DNA of 64,000 nt from the NCBI GenBank assembly GCA_028711065.1, contig JAQTSY010000004.1, positions 34,522 to 98,521 of the forward strand, read 5' to 3'. Of the stretch, positions 1 to 9,840 are shown piece by piece (positions within the stretch are counted from its first letter, which is position 1; each line of letters starts with the position of its first letter). The notes under the pieces are model-generated. The model saw only the letters and a program-made list of their open reading frames with translations, did not search any database and had not been told where the DNA came from. The stretch comes from Minisyncoccota bacterium. Lineage in GTDB: Bacteria; Patescibacteriota; Minisyncoccia; Phycocordibacterales; JAQTLZ01. A program made the position numbers and the translations under genes.

Positions 1-50
1 CCGTGCGTTCGAGCTCTTTTCTTCTTTTTCGGCTGGTATGTGATTGACAT
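1..50 (-). CDS. rpmH: 50S ribosomal protein L34, 5' part (runs off window start)
   Basis: Reverse strand from ATG at 50 reads MSITYQPKKKKRARTHG, the L34 N-terminus. Divergent from dnaA as usual. Not in the ORF track. Confidence 0.93.
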   Translation of the reverse strand, partial: MSITYQPKKKKRARTH

Positions 51-107
51 AGTTGTACTACTCTACCACACAAAATTGATTTCTGGCAAATCAGACGGGA
101 TTTTCTA

Positions 108-158
108 CTATCCACATTCTTTCCACAGTCTTTCAACATTTTTAATGACTGTGGACAA
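108..158. promoter_or_regulatory. DnaA-box-like sites upstream of dnaA
   Basis: CTATCCACA (108-116), CTTTCCACA (119-127) and TGTGGACAA (150-158) are 1-2 mismatches from TTATCCACA. Confidence 0.6.
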
Positions 159-242
159 GCTTTACTTTTTTCCATTCGGTATATAATGATACTGTTTTTC
201 TTTTTCTATCTTTTCACATCTTAAAAGCATTTTTTTCACTCT

Positions 243-1589
243 ATGGACAACAAAAAACTATGGGGGTCTGTCTTAGCTGAACTGGAATTATCCCTTTCCA
301 AGGCAAATTTTCATACATGGTTCAAAGATACCGCTGTCACCAAACAAGAAGAGGGGATGGTGTATCTGAATGTCCCGAATGCTTTCGTAAAAGATTGGCT
401 CTATAACAAATATCATAGAGATATTCTCAAAGCTCTGCGAACCTACGGAGAAAATGTGCGCTCTTTGGAATATGTTGTCTCGAAAGATGAAGGGAGAAAG
501 AAAGAAGGGGAAGCAACTCGACAAGCCACTCCAATTCAAAGCAACGAGCTTCCTTTGAATGACTACTACATCAACAAAGAAGACAATTTAAATCCAAAAT
601 ATACGTTTGACTCTTTTGTTGTCGGTCCTTTCAACGATCTTGCGTTCGCAGCATCACAGGCGGTCATAAAAAAACCGGGAACTGCTTACAATCCTCTTTT
701 TGTGTATGGAAATACCGGCCACGGGAAAACACATCTTATCCAAGCCATCGGAAACTCTTTGAAAGGCGGAAATCCGGGAAGAAAAATTTTCTACGTCACA
801 TCGGAAACATTCGCAGTGGACTACATCACTTCAGTTCAGAATAATAAACCGAACCAGTTCAAAGAAAAATACAGGAAATATGATGTATTGATCATGGATG
901 ACATCCAGTTCCTTTCCAAAAAAACCCAGACGCAGGAAGAGTTATTTCACCTTTTCAATGCATTGTACGAGAACAATAAGCAGATCGTTTTTTCATCCGA
1001 CAAGCACCCAAACTACATCCCTGACCTCGAGGAACGATTGAAATCTCGATTCAGCGCAGGAATGATTGTGGAAATCCCTCCGCCTGACTACGAATCACGA
1101 GTAGCAATTTTGAAAGCAAAAGCGAAGCAGAATAATTTCACCCTGTCCGATGAAGCGATAGATTATCTTTCATCTTCCATCGAAGGAAACATTCGAGAGC
1201 TTGAGGGAGTCTTGAACTCAATTATCTGCCAAACACAGCTTAAGAATAGCGAACTCGGACTCGCTGATATTAAAAATCTCATCAAAAACACTTCGAAGCC
1301 GAAGAAAAACATCTCTCCGAAAGACATCATTAAAATTATTTCTGATTTCTACAACATTGAAGAGACAAGTATCTACGAAAAAACAAGAAAGAAGGAGATT
1401 GTGAAGCCGCGACAGCTCATCATGTACATACTCCGGGAAGATTTCAATGTCTCATACCCATCAATTGGACAAAAACTTGGCGGACGAGACCACACAACCG
1501 TCATGCACTCGTGCGAAAAAATTAAAAACGACTTAAAAGTCGACCAGCTCCTCGTGCAAGAGTTGAGCAGAATCAGAGCTCTTATTTAG
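243..1589 (+). CDS. dnaA: chromosomal replication initiator DnaA
   Basis: LNPKYTFDSFVVG, Walker A GNTGHGKTHL, DDIQF, and GGRDHTTVMH in domain IV. Confidence 0.99.
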   Translation: MDNKKLWGSVLAELELSLSKANFHTWFKDTAVTKQEEGMVYLNVPNAFVKDWLYNKYHRDILKALRTYGENVRSLEYVVSKDEGRKKEGEATRQATPIQSNELPLNDYYINKEDNLNPKYTFDSFVVGPFNDLAFAASQAVIKKPGTAYNPLFVYGNTGHGKTHLIQAIGNSLKGGNPGRKIFYVTSETFAVDYITSVQNNKPNQFKEKYRKYDVLIMDDIQFLSKKTQTQEELFHLFNALYENNKQIVFSSDKHPNYIPDLEERLKSRFSAGMIVEIPPPDYESRVAILKAKAKQNNFTLSDEAIDYLSSSIEGNIRELEGVLNSIICQTQLKNSELGLADIKNLIKNTSKPKKNISPKDIIKIISDFYNIEETSIYEKTRKKEIVKPRQLIMYILREDFNVSYPSIGQKLGGRDHTTVMHSCEKIKNDLKVDQLLVQELSRIRALI

Positions 1590-1615
1590 TGAGAGTTTGA
1601 TTGAGGGAGGTGATT

Positions 1616-1860
1616 TGTGGATAATGTGTGGAAAGAGTGTGGAATTTTCGTGGATTTGCTGTTGGCTCATTGTAGAAAAATGGCTCTAAAGAAGGCTAAA
1701 AAGTGGATAGCCCCGAGGAACTGTCTTTTAAATCTACAGCCTAAAAAACATATACACAGAAAGGGGAAAGAGATAAGCTTAAGAAAGGTTGTTACAGAGC
1801 GGTTAAAAATGATATCCACATATACACAAGATTAATAGTAGTAATAGGTATTTATATAAA
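1616..1860. other. replication origin oriC (DnaA-box cluster plus unwinding element)
   Basis: Perfect box TGTGGATAA at 1616-1624, several degenerate boxes, tandem boxes at 1812-1828, then NTA trinucleotide repeats and an AT-rich tract before dnaN. Confidence 0.85.
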
Positions 1861-1875
1861 GAATAGAAATAAACA

Positions 1876-2976
1876 ATGAAGATAGAGTGTACAAAAGAAA
1901 AGTTATTCGGAGCTGTATCAAAAGCGGAAAAAATTTCAGGTAAGCATCTTACTCTCCCTGTTTTAAGTTGTATTCTTCTTGAAGCGAAGAAAAATGCTTT
2001 ATATGTACGAGCAACAAATTTAGATGTTGGAGTTGAAATTTCTTTTCCGGTGAAAGTAGATGAGGAGGGAATTGTCGCAGTTTCTGGTTCCGTACTCTCT
2101 GGTTTCCTGTCGAACCTTTATACCGATAAAAATATCAAATTAGAAACAATCAAAGGAAATCTTTCCCTTACCGGCGGAAAAACTTCTATCACTATAAAAT
2201 CTCTCCCTCATGAAGATTTTCCAACCATTCCCAAAATACAAGATGGAACCGTTTTTCATCTCGAATCCACTGACCTTTTAAAGGGACTTACCTCCGTTTG
2301 GTACGCTTCTGGAACTTCGAGTATGAAGCCCGAACTTTCAAGTGTATATATGTATGCAGAGGACGATTCACTTGTTTTTGTGGCTACGGATTCATTCCGT
2401 CTTGCAGAAAAGAGGATAAAAACCAAAAAACCGAAAGATTTTTCACATGTTCTTATTCCCTTTAAAAATGTCTTGGAAATTGTGAGAATTTTTGAGGAAG
2501 TAAAGGGAGAAATCACGGTAGAAGCGAATAAAAACCAGATTTCATTCTCTGCAGAGGGAATCTATCTTACTTCTCGAGTTGTAGACGGAGTATTTCCTGA
2601 TTATAAACAGATCATTCCAAAGAAATTTGGAACAGAAGTTATTCTCTTGAAACAAGACTTGGTGAACACCCTAAAGATTTCAAATATATTTTCAGACTCT
2701 TTTCGGCAAGTTCACATGAAAGCTGACCCAAAGAAAGAGGTTTTTGAAGTACAAACAAAAAATGCGGACGTCGGAGAAAGTATAAGCTCTCCCGAAGCGG
2801 CGCTTACTGGCGAACCCATCGAAATTAATTTTAATTTCAAATACATTATGGACTGTTTCCAGTCCATTGACGCAGACAGCGTTTCTCTCGAGTTTAGCGC
2901 GCTTAATCGGCCCATGGTGATGCGAGGAGTAGCTGATAGGTCATTTACCTATCTTGTGATGCCAATGAATAAGTAA
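1876..2976 (+). CDS. dnaN: DNA polymerase III beta sliding clamp
   Basis: ATNL, VATDSFRLAE, GVFPDYKQIIP and YLVMPM motifs; follows dnaA. Confidence 0.98.
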   Translation: MKIECTKEKLFGAVSKAEKISGKHLTLPVLSCILLEAKKNALYVRATNLDVGVEISFPVKVDEEGIVAVSGSVLSGFLSNLYTDKNIKLETIKGNLSLTGGKTSITIKSLPHEDFPTIPKIQDGTVFHLESTDLLKGLTSVWYASGTSSMKPELSSVYMYAEDDSLVFVATDSFRLAEKRIKTKKPKDFSHVLIPFKNVLEIVRIFEEVKGEITVEANKNQISFSAEGIYLTSRVVDGVFPDYKQIIPKKFGTEVILLKQDLVNTLKISNIFSDSFRQVHMKADPKKEVFEVQTKNADVGESISSPEAALTGEPIEINFNFKYIMDCFQSIDADSVSLEFSALNRPMVMRGVADRSFTYLVMPMNK

Positions 2977-3003
2977 GAGCTTTTAAGCTCATAAGATTCT
3001 CCC

Positions 3004-3264
3004 GTGTTCAACATCTCTCAATTTCTCGAGAAATTCAAAGTGGCGGGTCAGAAAAGCGCCCTTACGCGAGAATTAATTGCACAAGGGCTTTCAGAAGGTT
3101 TGGGTGTCACTATTCTTCCTCAAGATTTTAAAATCAAAGACAATGTTGTGGTGTTTCTCCACTCCAGCGGGAGTTTGAAGAGTCAAATTTTCATAAAAAA
3201 ACAGGAACTTCTTAGAATTTTGCGCGAAAAGTGTAAAGAGGAAGCTCCTTCTGATATCCGCTAA
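3004..3264 (+). CDS. small protein, probable DciA/DUF721 family helicase loader
   Basis: 86 aa directly after dnaN. The pattern IKDNVVVF..SSGSLKSQIFIKKQELLRILRE...DIR resembles DUF721. Confidence 0.55.
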   Translation: MFNISQFLEKFKVAGQKSALTRELIAQGLSEGLGVTILPQDFKIKDNVVVFLHSSGSLKSQIFIKKQELLRILREKCKEEAPSDIR

Positions 3265-3270
3265 GGGGTA

Positions 3271-5784
3271 TCATTGAATCATGAAGGAAACTGAAGTTTC
3301 CGACTTATTTTGGGCAGCGTCATACGCGACGGCCTTTAGGGTGTTTTGTCCTTGTACGAAATTTGAATCTTTCGGGACAAATGCGAAGGAGAAGGGTTCT
3401 CCCGTGCTCGAACCAAGATAGCCATCATTCAAAAAATACTCTATTTGTGAAAGATCGAAATGCCCAGAGTGCGATACTCCGACAATGATTCGGTCGCTTG
3501 ATTGATGAACACTTCCCTGAAGTGGGCTGGTGATAGTGATTTGAGGTGCAAAAGCCGGGTTGTGGATAGGATCAGTTTCTGTGGGCACAATTCCTCCCTC
3601 GGCAATACCTTGTCCGGTTACCCACTTCCTCACGGCGTATTCCCAGTGTGAAAATTGAGGATCATTGTCTGGATTTGCGGGTCTTCCTCCAGTCGGGTTA
3701 TTTTTATCTATCCAATAGAGAATAGAGTGGATGTCCGGCACAGCGCGTTCCTCTCGAAGTTCTGGCGGAGTAAATTCTGTAGCGACTTTGCCCGAAATTT
3801 TATCTACGAAATACGTTTGACCTCCTTGCCATATCCCCCGCATTGGAGGAGCAAGACCTGAAAGATCCTCAAATGCCGGCTTTTTAAAGTTTTCTACTGG
3901 GAGCTGTTTCAAGGCCTCCGTCATAAATGCGCTCCACATCGGTGCGACAACAAGTCCCGCCACTTTCTTTTCCATCGGACGGTTGTCGTTGTTTCCAGCC
4001 CACGCTCCGACAACTAAATGAGGAGTGTATCCCACTATCCACGTATCTCGGTAGTCGTTTGTAGTACCGGTTTTTGCAGCGACATCTCTTCCTTCAAAAT
4101 AAAGAACAGAATGTTTTCCATAGGTTCCTGAGCGTGCGTCATCGTCCGAGAGGATGCTCGATATTTTAAGCGCGGATTGTTCAGGAAGCGCTTCTGTCGG
4201 TCGCAATTCTTCTTTTTCTAGTACTTGCCCATTATGATCTCTCACCTCAAGAATGCTCTGGTAAGGATTTCTCACTCCGTTATTTGCGAAGACTCCATAA
4301 GCACTTGTCAGTTCGAGTGGAGAAACCTCTGCGCCTCCGAGAACCAAAGTAAGGCCGTAATTATCAGGATTGGTAAGGCTTGTGATACCGAGATCTTGAG
4401 CAGTTTTGATCGAATTCTTAATTCCAGCCAAATACAACGTCTCAATTGAAGGAATGTTTCTTGATTCAGCAAGAGCTCTTCGCAAGCTCAAAGGTCCTTT
4501 GAATTGATCATCGTAGTTTGACGGCTTGTAACAAGCTGAATCAGGATGTTTCGGTGTCCCGTCGGGGTTGCATTCGCTTGAAAATTCAGTCGGAAGATCG
4601 AAAAGGACTGTTTCAGGCTGGTATCCCTCATTGAATGCGGTTGCGTACACAATAGGTTTGAATGCTGATCCTGGCTGACGTAGTGCAGTAGTGACATTGA
4701 AATTGCCGTCGATTTTTTTATCAAAGTAATCTCTGGAACCAACCATTGCGAGAATGTCTCCCGTTGTAGGGTCGATGGCTACCATCGCAGCATTTTCCGC
4801 GTTAAATTTTTTCTGATTTTCAAGCGCGAATTTTTTTACAATTTCTTCCGCTTTCTGTTGAAGACCGTAATCAAGAGTTGTGATAACTTTCAATCCTCCT
4901 GCCTGCAGTGTGTCTGCTCCATATTTTTTCTCGAGAAGATTCGTGACATAAGTGACGAAATGAGGAGCTCTAATTCCTGTTGGTTCTTGGGGGAGAAAAG
5001 TGACCACTTCCGCCTTTGCCTCGTTGTATTCATCTTGGTTTATGAATTTATTTTGGAGCATCTTCTCGAGTACCAAATTTTTCCTCTGTTCAAGCTGATC
5101 CCTGTTCTTTCCATAGGGAGAGAAAAAAGTCGGTGCTTTGAGAAGTGATGCTAGGTAAGCGCCTTGCGCGACAGTTAAATCCGACGCATTTTTTCCAAAA
5201 AAAGTCTGGCTTGCCTCCTCAACTCCATAAATATTGCCTCCAAACGGGCTTTCGTTGAGATAGAGTGTGAGAATGGAATCTTTGTCCATGACTCGCTCGA
5301 GCTTGATCGCAAGCACCCACTCTTTGATCTTGCGGGTGATTGTCTGCTCTGGGGTGAGAATGGAATTTTTAATAACCTGTTGGGTGATAGTTGACCCGCC
5401 TTGGCTTAATTTAAGTGAGGCGATATTTACCAAGAAGGCACGGAGTATTGCCGTAGGCTCAATTCCTCCGTGTTGATAGAATCCGGCATCTTCAATAGCA
5501 ACAACCGCATTTTTTACGTTTTTTGATATTTCACTTGAAGGGACACTGTCTCTCTTTACTCCTTGATGTATGTCATAGAGAAGAATTTTACCCGTGCGGT
5601 CATATATTTTTGTCGATTGGCTTACGGTGCGAGTTTCAAACGTATTTAGATTTGGCATTTCCAAAGTGGAAATCCATATAATAAACGCGCCTGCGCCTAT
5701 GAAGGAAACAGCTAAACAAATAATGAGAATTTCACGAAATCGCTTCTTTTGTGTAAAACGAAGAATTTTTTTCAGGATCTGCAT
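3271..5784 (-). CDS. class A penicillin-binding protein (PBP1A family) with C-terminal Ig-like domain
   Basis: EDAGF and QGGSTITQQ (transglycosylase); RQPGSAFKP, SRN and KTGT (transpeptidase). Start moved to the ATG at 5784. Confidence 0.95.
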   Translation of the reverse strand: MQILKKILRFTQKKRFREILIICLAVSFIGAGAFIIWISTLEMPNLNTFETRTVSQSTKIYDRTGKILLYDIHQGVKRDSVPSSEISKNVKNAVVAIEDAGFYQHGGIEPTAILRAFLVNIASLKLSQGGSTITQQVIKNSILTPEQTITRKIKEWVLAIKLERVMDKDSILTLYLNESPFGGNIYGVEEASQTFFGKNASDLTVAQGAYLASLLKAPTFFSPYGKNRDQLEQRKNLVLEKMLQNKFINQDEYNEAKAEVVTFLPQEPTGIRAPHFVTYVTNLLEKKYGADTLQAGGLKVITTLDYGLQQKAEEIVKKFALENQKKFNAENAAMVAIDPTTGDILAMVGSRDYFDKKIDGNFNVTTALRQPGSAFKPIVYATAFNEGYQPETVLFDLPTEFSSECNPDGTPKHPDSACYKPSNYDDQFKGPLSLRRALAESRNIPSIETLYLAGIKNSIKTAQDLGITSLTNPDNYGLTLVLGGAEVSPLELTSAYGVFANNGVRNPYQSILEVRDHNGQVLEKEELRPTEALPEQSALKISSILSDDDARSGTYGKHSVLYFEGRDVAAKTGTTNDYRDTWIVGYTPHLVVGAWAGNNDNRPMEKKVAGLVVAPMWSAFMTEALKQLPVENFKKPAFEDLSGLAPPMRGIWQGGQTYFVDKISGKVATEFTPPELREERAVPDIHSILYWIDKNNPTGGRPANPDNDPQFSHWEYAVRKWVTGQGIAEGGIVPTETDPIHNPAFAPQITITSPLQGSVHQSSDRIIVGVSHSGHFDLSQIEYFLNDGYLGSSTGEPFSFAFVPKDSNFVQGQNTLKAVAYDAAQNKSETSVSFMIQ

Positions 5785-5838
5785 AGAAGCTATAATAGCA
5801 TATACCGGAGAGTTCAAATATATGCTAAATTGTTGGGT

Positions 5839-7050
5839 ATGAAACCAGAAGATGCTGCTGATATAGACGAACTCCTTACTCGGAGCATTGCTTCAATTCT
5901 TCCTTCCCGAGAGCTCTTTAAGAAAGCTCTCCTTGCTGAAAAAAAACTTCGAATCTATATCGGAGCAGATGCTACCGGTCCAGATCTTCATATAGGACAC
6001 GCAACTAACTTTATATTTCTCGAAAAATTGAGAAAACTGGGGCATGAAATCATTGTTCTTTTCGGAGATTTTACCGCAATGATAGGGGATCCTACCGATA
6101 AAGACGCTACTCGGGTGGCGCTAACAGAAGAAGAGGTTGAAAAAAATCTCGCTACATGGAAATTGCAGGTCGGCAAAATATTAAGTCTTGATGATAAGAA
6201 AAATCCCGTCAGAATCGTAAAAAACAGCACATGGCTCTCGAAACTTTCGTTTGCGGACGTGGTAAAGCTGGCTTCCAATTTTACGGTTCAACAAATGATG
6301 GAGCGGGATATGTTTGAAAAAAGAATGGTGGAAAATAAACCGATACATTTGCATGAGTTTTTGTACCCGCTTATGCAGGGATATGACAGCGTGGAGCTTG
6401 ATGTGGACGCAGAGGTCGGAGGAAATGACCAAACCTTTAACATGCTTGCAGGCAGAACTTTGCAAAGGAAAATGCATAATAAAGAGAAATTTGTTATCGC
6501 CACGACGCTTTTGGTAAATCCTAAAACGGGACAGAAGCTCATGAGTAAAAGCACAGGAGGGTACATTAGCCTTCAAGATTCTCCAAATGACATGTTTGGC
6601 AAAGCCATGGCTCTCCCCGATGAGGCTATTATTGCTGTTTTTATCGATTGCACGCTTCTTTCACTTCCGGAAATAGAGAGTATAAAAAAGGATTTGGAAG
6701 GTGGGAAAAATCCGAAAGACGCAAAAATTCGTCTTGGAAAGGAACTCGTTGGTCTGTATTACGACGCTACTCAAGCTGATAAGGCAGAGAAAAATTTTAC
6801 TGACACTTTTTCCAAAAAAGGAATATCTGACGATGCTGAAGTTTTTTCCGCCACATCTGGAGAAAAAATTATTGATGTCATCGTTAGGGCAAAATTGGTG
6901 TCTTCGAAAACCGAAGCAAGGCGCCTTTTCGACGAGGGAGCGGTATCTGAAATAGGAGGGGAGAAGATCACTGACCAAGCATTTGGAGTTACCAAAGATA
7001 TAAATGTGAAAGTGGGCAAACACAGATTTCTTAAGATCAAAGTTTCGTAA
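5839..7050 (+). CDS. tyrS: tyrosine--tRNA ligase
   Basis: HIGH, YPLMQGYD, GGNDQ, KLMSKS and a C-terminal S4 domain. Likely ATG at 5839. Confidence 0.97.
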   Translation: MKPEDAADIDELLTRSIASILPSRELFKKALLAEKKLRIYIGADATGPDLHIGHATNFIFLEKLRKLGHEIIVLFGDFTAMIGDPTDKDATRVALTEEEVEKNLATWKLQVGKILSLDDKKNPVRIVKNSTWLSKLSFADVVKLASNFTVQQMMERDMFEKRMVENKPIHLHEFLYPLMQGYDSVELDVDAEVGGNDQTFNMLAGRTLQRKMHNKEKFVIATTLLVNPKTGQKLMSKSTGGYISLQDSPNDMFGKAMALPDEAIIAVFIDCTLLSLPEIESIKKDLEGGKNPKDAKIRLGKELVGLYYDATQADKAEKNFTDTFSKKGISDDAEVFSATSGEKIIDVIVRAKLVSSKTEARRLFDEGAVSEIGGEKITDQAFGVTKDINVKVGKHRFLKIKVS

Positions 7051-7083
7051 AGAAAAATCCCGCATGTGCGGGATTTTTCTTTT
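7051..7083. terminator. bidirectional intrinsic terminator
   Basis: AGAAAAATCCCGCA-TG-TGCGGGATTTTTCT inverted repeat between convergent genes. Confidence 0.8.
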
Positions 7084-7097
7084 GAGAAAAAACAATT

Positions 7098-7232
7098 CTA
7101 TTCTGCGTCGTCCATGAGATCGGCATCGAGGACGTCTTCGTCATCTTCTTCACCCTCTTCCAGATCCTTATCCTCGTCCGCATCTTCCTCTTCTTCGTCA
7201 TCCTCTAACTCGTCATCATCTTTTCTTGGCAT
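7098..7232 (-). CDS. 44-aa hyperacidic small protein
   Basis: ATG at 7232 to TAG at 7098 reads MPRKDDDELEDDEEEEDADEDKDLEEGEEDDEDVLDADLMDDAE, ending just before the shared terminator. Confidence 0.7.
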   Translation of the reverse strand: MPRKDDDELEDDEEEEDADEDKDLEEGEEDDEDVLDADLMDDAE

Positions 7233-7412
7233 AATGATTGTATGAAGGTCTCCCTTCAGCAAGTTCATTAAAAATTGTTAAAAACGACTTTTTCCTTCGA
7301 ATTTCTATGAAGATATTCTCTGGACGCCCTATTTGTACCAGATTGTATTTTTTTTGCAACTAGTTTTTAACAAAAATGTCTGTGGAAAAGTTTTTCTCTT
7401 CAAAATCTCGAT

Positions 7413-7889
7413 TTAAGGCCTATACACAGCCAAAAAAGTGAGCCCGACTGCAATAGCATCGTATTCGTCATCATGTCTGATTTCTTTTTTTATTTCGAGA
7501 AGTTTTGGCAACATTTGAATAATTTGGCGCTTGTCCGCTCGTCCTGAACCCGTTGTCGCCACTTTGATTTCCGCTGGGGTAAATTCTCGGATTGTAAGCT
7601 TATTTTGTGCTGCAATCTGCAGGATTGCTCCATAGCATTCTGATACCAGCATAGCCGTTTTTTGATTTTTATTGAAAAAAAGTTTTTCAATAGCAAAAAA
7701 TTTCGGTTTGTATTCCTTTATAATTTTTTCTATTTCCTCTCCGATCTGGCGAAGCCGTTCGGGGAAAGCGAATGCGGCTTTGGTTTGGAAACATTCCGAA
7801 AAAAGAAGTTTTTCTTTTCCTCGATTTTCTTTTTCGATAACAGCAATACCAAGACGTTCATATCCTGGATCAATAGCGAGAACCTTCAT
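7413..7889 (-). CDS. ruvC: Holliday junction resolvase RuvC
   Basis: LAIDPG, AIEKLFF, G.GRADK.Q and DDEYDAIAV. Confidence 0.96.
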   Translation of the reverse strand: MKVLAIDPGYERLGIAVIEKENRGKEKLLFSECFQTKAAFAFPERLRQIGEEIEKIIKEYKPKFFAIEKLFFNKNQKTAMLVSECYGAILQIAAQNKLTIREFTPAEIKVATTGSGRADKRQIIQMLPKLLEIKKEIRHDDEYDAIAVGLTFLAVYRP

Positions 7890-7894
7890 AATTT

Positions 7895-8425
7895 TTATTC
7901 AGCGTTCGTGAACACCTCCTGCACCTCATCATTTTCTTCAAGTTCGTCCACCAATTTTTCAAGCGTAGCGATATCAGCATCTTCAAGGGGAACAGTTGTC
8001 TGCGCCTCCCATCCTGTGCCAACTTTTTTGAATGCCCACGTTGCTGCGCCGATGCCGGCAAGTGATGCGCCGTATTTCGAAAGAATAAATTTTATTTCTT
8101 GCGCCGCTTTGTTTCTATTATCAGTGAGCGCTTCAATGATTATCGCGCATCCGCCCGGTCCATATGATTCATAAGTGATCGAATCCATCGCTGCGCTTTT
8201 ATCTGTCGAGGCTTTCTTCAAAGCGCGGTCAATTGTGTCATTTGGCATATTTGCCGCCTTTGCTCTATCAATAACAGCTTTTAGCGAGGGGGAGCTTAAA
8301 TTTCCCCCAGCCTTTTTGGCTTCAATAACAAGCAAGCGCCCGAATTTTGAAAACATCTTGCTCTTTTTAGCATCTGACACGCCCTTCTGTCTCTTGATTT
8401 GCGACCATTTATTATGTCCCGACAT
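7895..8425 (-). CDS. yebC: YebC/PmpR family protein (short form)
   Basis: MSGHNKWSQIKRQKG, YESYGPGG and TDNRN; upstream of ruvC. Confidence 0.95.
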   Translation of the reverse strand: MSGHNKWSQIKRQKGVSDAKKSKMFSKFGRLLVIEAKKAGGNLSSPSLKAVIDRAKAANMPNDTIDRALKKASTDKSAAMDSITYESYGPGGCAIIIEALTDNRNKAAQEIKFILSKYGASLAGIGAATWAFKKVGTGWEAQTTVPLEDADIATLEKLVDELEENDEVQEVFTNAE

Positions 8426-8437
8426 ATATTTATTTGA

Positions 8438-9466
8438 TTATAATAATTTTTCTTGTAAATGCGACGGCGCTTCTATATTTAAATGTCCATAAGCTTTTAT
8501 TGTTGCTGTGCGTCCTCGCGGAGTTCTTTCAAGAAATCCAAGCTGTATGAGATATGGCTCATTAAATTCTTCGAGCGTCGCTTCTTCTTCTGAAAGTGCG
8601 GCTGCGAGCGTATTGAGTCCTACCGGTCCGCCGGAGAATTTATTGACGATAACATCCAAAAGAGATCTGTCCGATGCGAGAAGTCCTCGTTCGTCTACGC
8701 CAAGAAGAGAGAGAGCTTCCATGACAGTATTTTTATCGAGGGATTTTTTCCCGACTTGGGCAAAGTCCCGGCATCGTTTCAAAAGGTAGTTTGCGGTTCG
8801 TGGGGTGAACCGGCTTCGCTTCGCTATCTCTTTTATGCCGTCTTCATGAATTTCAACGCCGAGAATTTTTGCAGAGCGTTTCAGAATTTCCCCGATTTCT
8901 TTTTCTGTATAAAACTCAAGTCGAAAAATTCCTCCGGAAAAGCGGGAGCGAAGCGGGGAAGAGAGAAGCGCTACGCGAGTGGTAGCGGCAATAAGCGTAA
9001 ATGGAGGCAGATCAAGCTGAATTGTGCGTGCTGAAGGGCCTTTGCCAATAATAATATCGAGTGAGCCCGCCTCCATTGCTGGGTAGAGCATTTCTTCCAC
9101 AGTTTTATTTAAGCGATGAATTTCGTCTATAAAGAGAATATCTCCGGGAGAGAGATTGGTGAGAATTGATGCGAGATCTCCCACTTTTTCGATTGCCGGG
9201 CCGGAGGTGATCTTCATCTGGGCAGAAATTTCTTTCGCGATGAGATGCGCAAGAGTTGTTTTCCCGAGCCCCGGTGGTCCGTAAAAGAGAATGTGTTCAG
9301 GCGGGTGCTTTCTCTCGGCAGCGGCGGAAAGAAGGACCTGCAAATTATCCTTAATATTTTTCTGCCCAATGTATTCTTGCCATCGAGAAGGGCGAAGCGT
9401 CTGGTCCAGAAAGCCACTTTCTTCTTTCGCTTCGCCTTTTTCATTTTTCTTTGGTTCTTTTTTCAT
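8438..9466 (-). CDS. ruvB: Holliday junction branch migration helicase RuvB
   Basis: [22 protein letters not shown] and RTPRGR. Confidence 0.98.
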   Translation of the reverse strand: MKKEPKKNEKGEAKEESGFLDQTLRPSRWQEYIGQKNIKDNLQVLLSAAAERKHPPEHILFYGPPGLGKTTLAHLIAKEISAQMKITSGPAIEKVGDLASILTNLSPGDILFIDEIHRLNKTVEEMLYPAMEAGSLDIIIGKGPSARTIQLDLPPFTLIAATTRVALLSSPLRSRFSGGIFRLEFYTEKEIGEILKRSAKILGVEIHEDGIKEIAKRSRFTPRTANYLLKRCRDFAQVGKKSLDKNTVMEALSLLGVDERGLLASDRSLLDVIVNKFSGGPVGLNTLAAALSEEEATLEEFNEPYLIQLGFLERTPRGRTATIKAYGHLNIEAPSHLQEKLL

Positions 9467-9500
9467 TCCTTATCAATAGTGTACCACAGAGCATGAGGCA

Positions 9501-9529
9501 TTGACATTAAAACTAATTCATGCTAGTAT
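9501..9529 (+). promoter_or_regulatory. sigma70-type promoter with extended -10
   Basis: TTGACA (9501-9506), 17-nt spacer ending TGc, TAGTAT (9524-9529). Confidence 0.75.
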
Positions 9530-9593
9530 GGTGCCAGTTCCGAAAAAAAGAATTCGTTTGAAAATCCGTCAAAAACTCTCAAAAATTAGTCTC

Positions 9594-9763
9594 GTATCCA
9601 GCGCATAAATCTCTAAGCAATTAAACCTCAACGTTTATTAGTATCCTTCAAGGACTTTCTGGTTATAACTCCGGTTATTTACTGGGAAAATCCTTAGAGG
9701 GTATATTTAACTTTTTATAGCTTGCTATGAAAAGAATTGCTTAGAGATTTATTCTCTGAATAC
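9594..9763 (+). ncRNA. putative structured ncRNA, 6S-RNA-like rod
   Basis: Perfect 18-bp inverted repeat (9605-9622 / 9735-9752), extendable outward, enclosing a bubble and a G-U-rich inner stem. Lies between a promoter and a terminator with no convincing ORF. Confidence 0.5.
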
Positions 9764-9840
9764 TCTCTGTTTTCAATACTACTCCTCTTTTTCCATTCTT
9801 CCATATTTACAACGCGGAATTTCGATGTCTGGTTGTATGA

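Noticed and set aside
1617-1835. 72-aa ORF between dnaA and dnaN
   Set aside because: It lies over the DnaA-box cluster of oriC and has no protein features.
9528-9608. 26-aa basic ORF MVPVPKKRIRLKIRQKLSKISLVSSA
   Set aside because: Its ATG overlaps the -10 box, so it would not be in the transcript, and I recognise no family.
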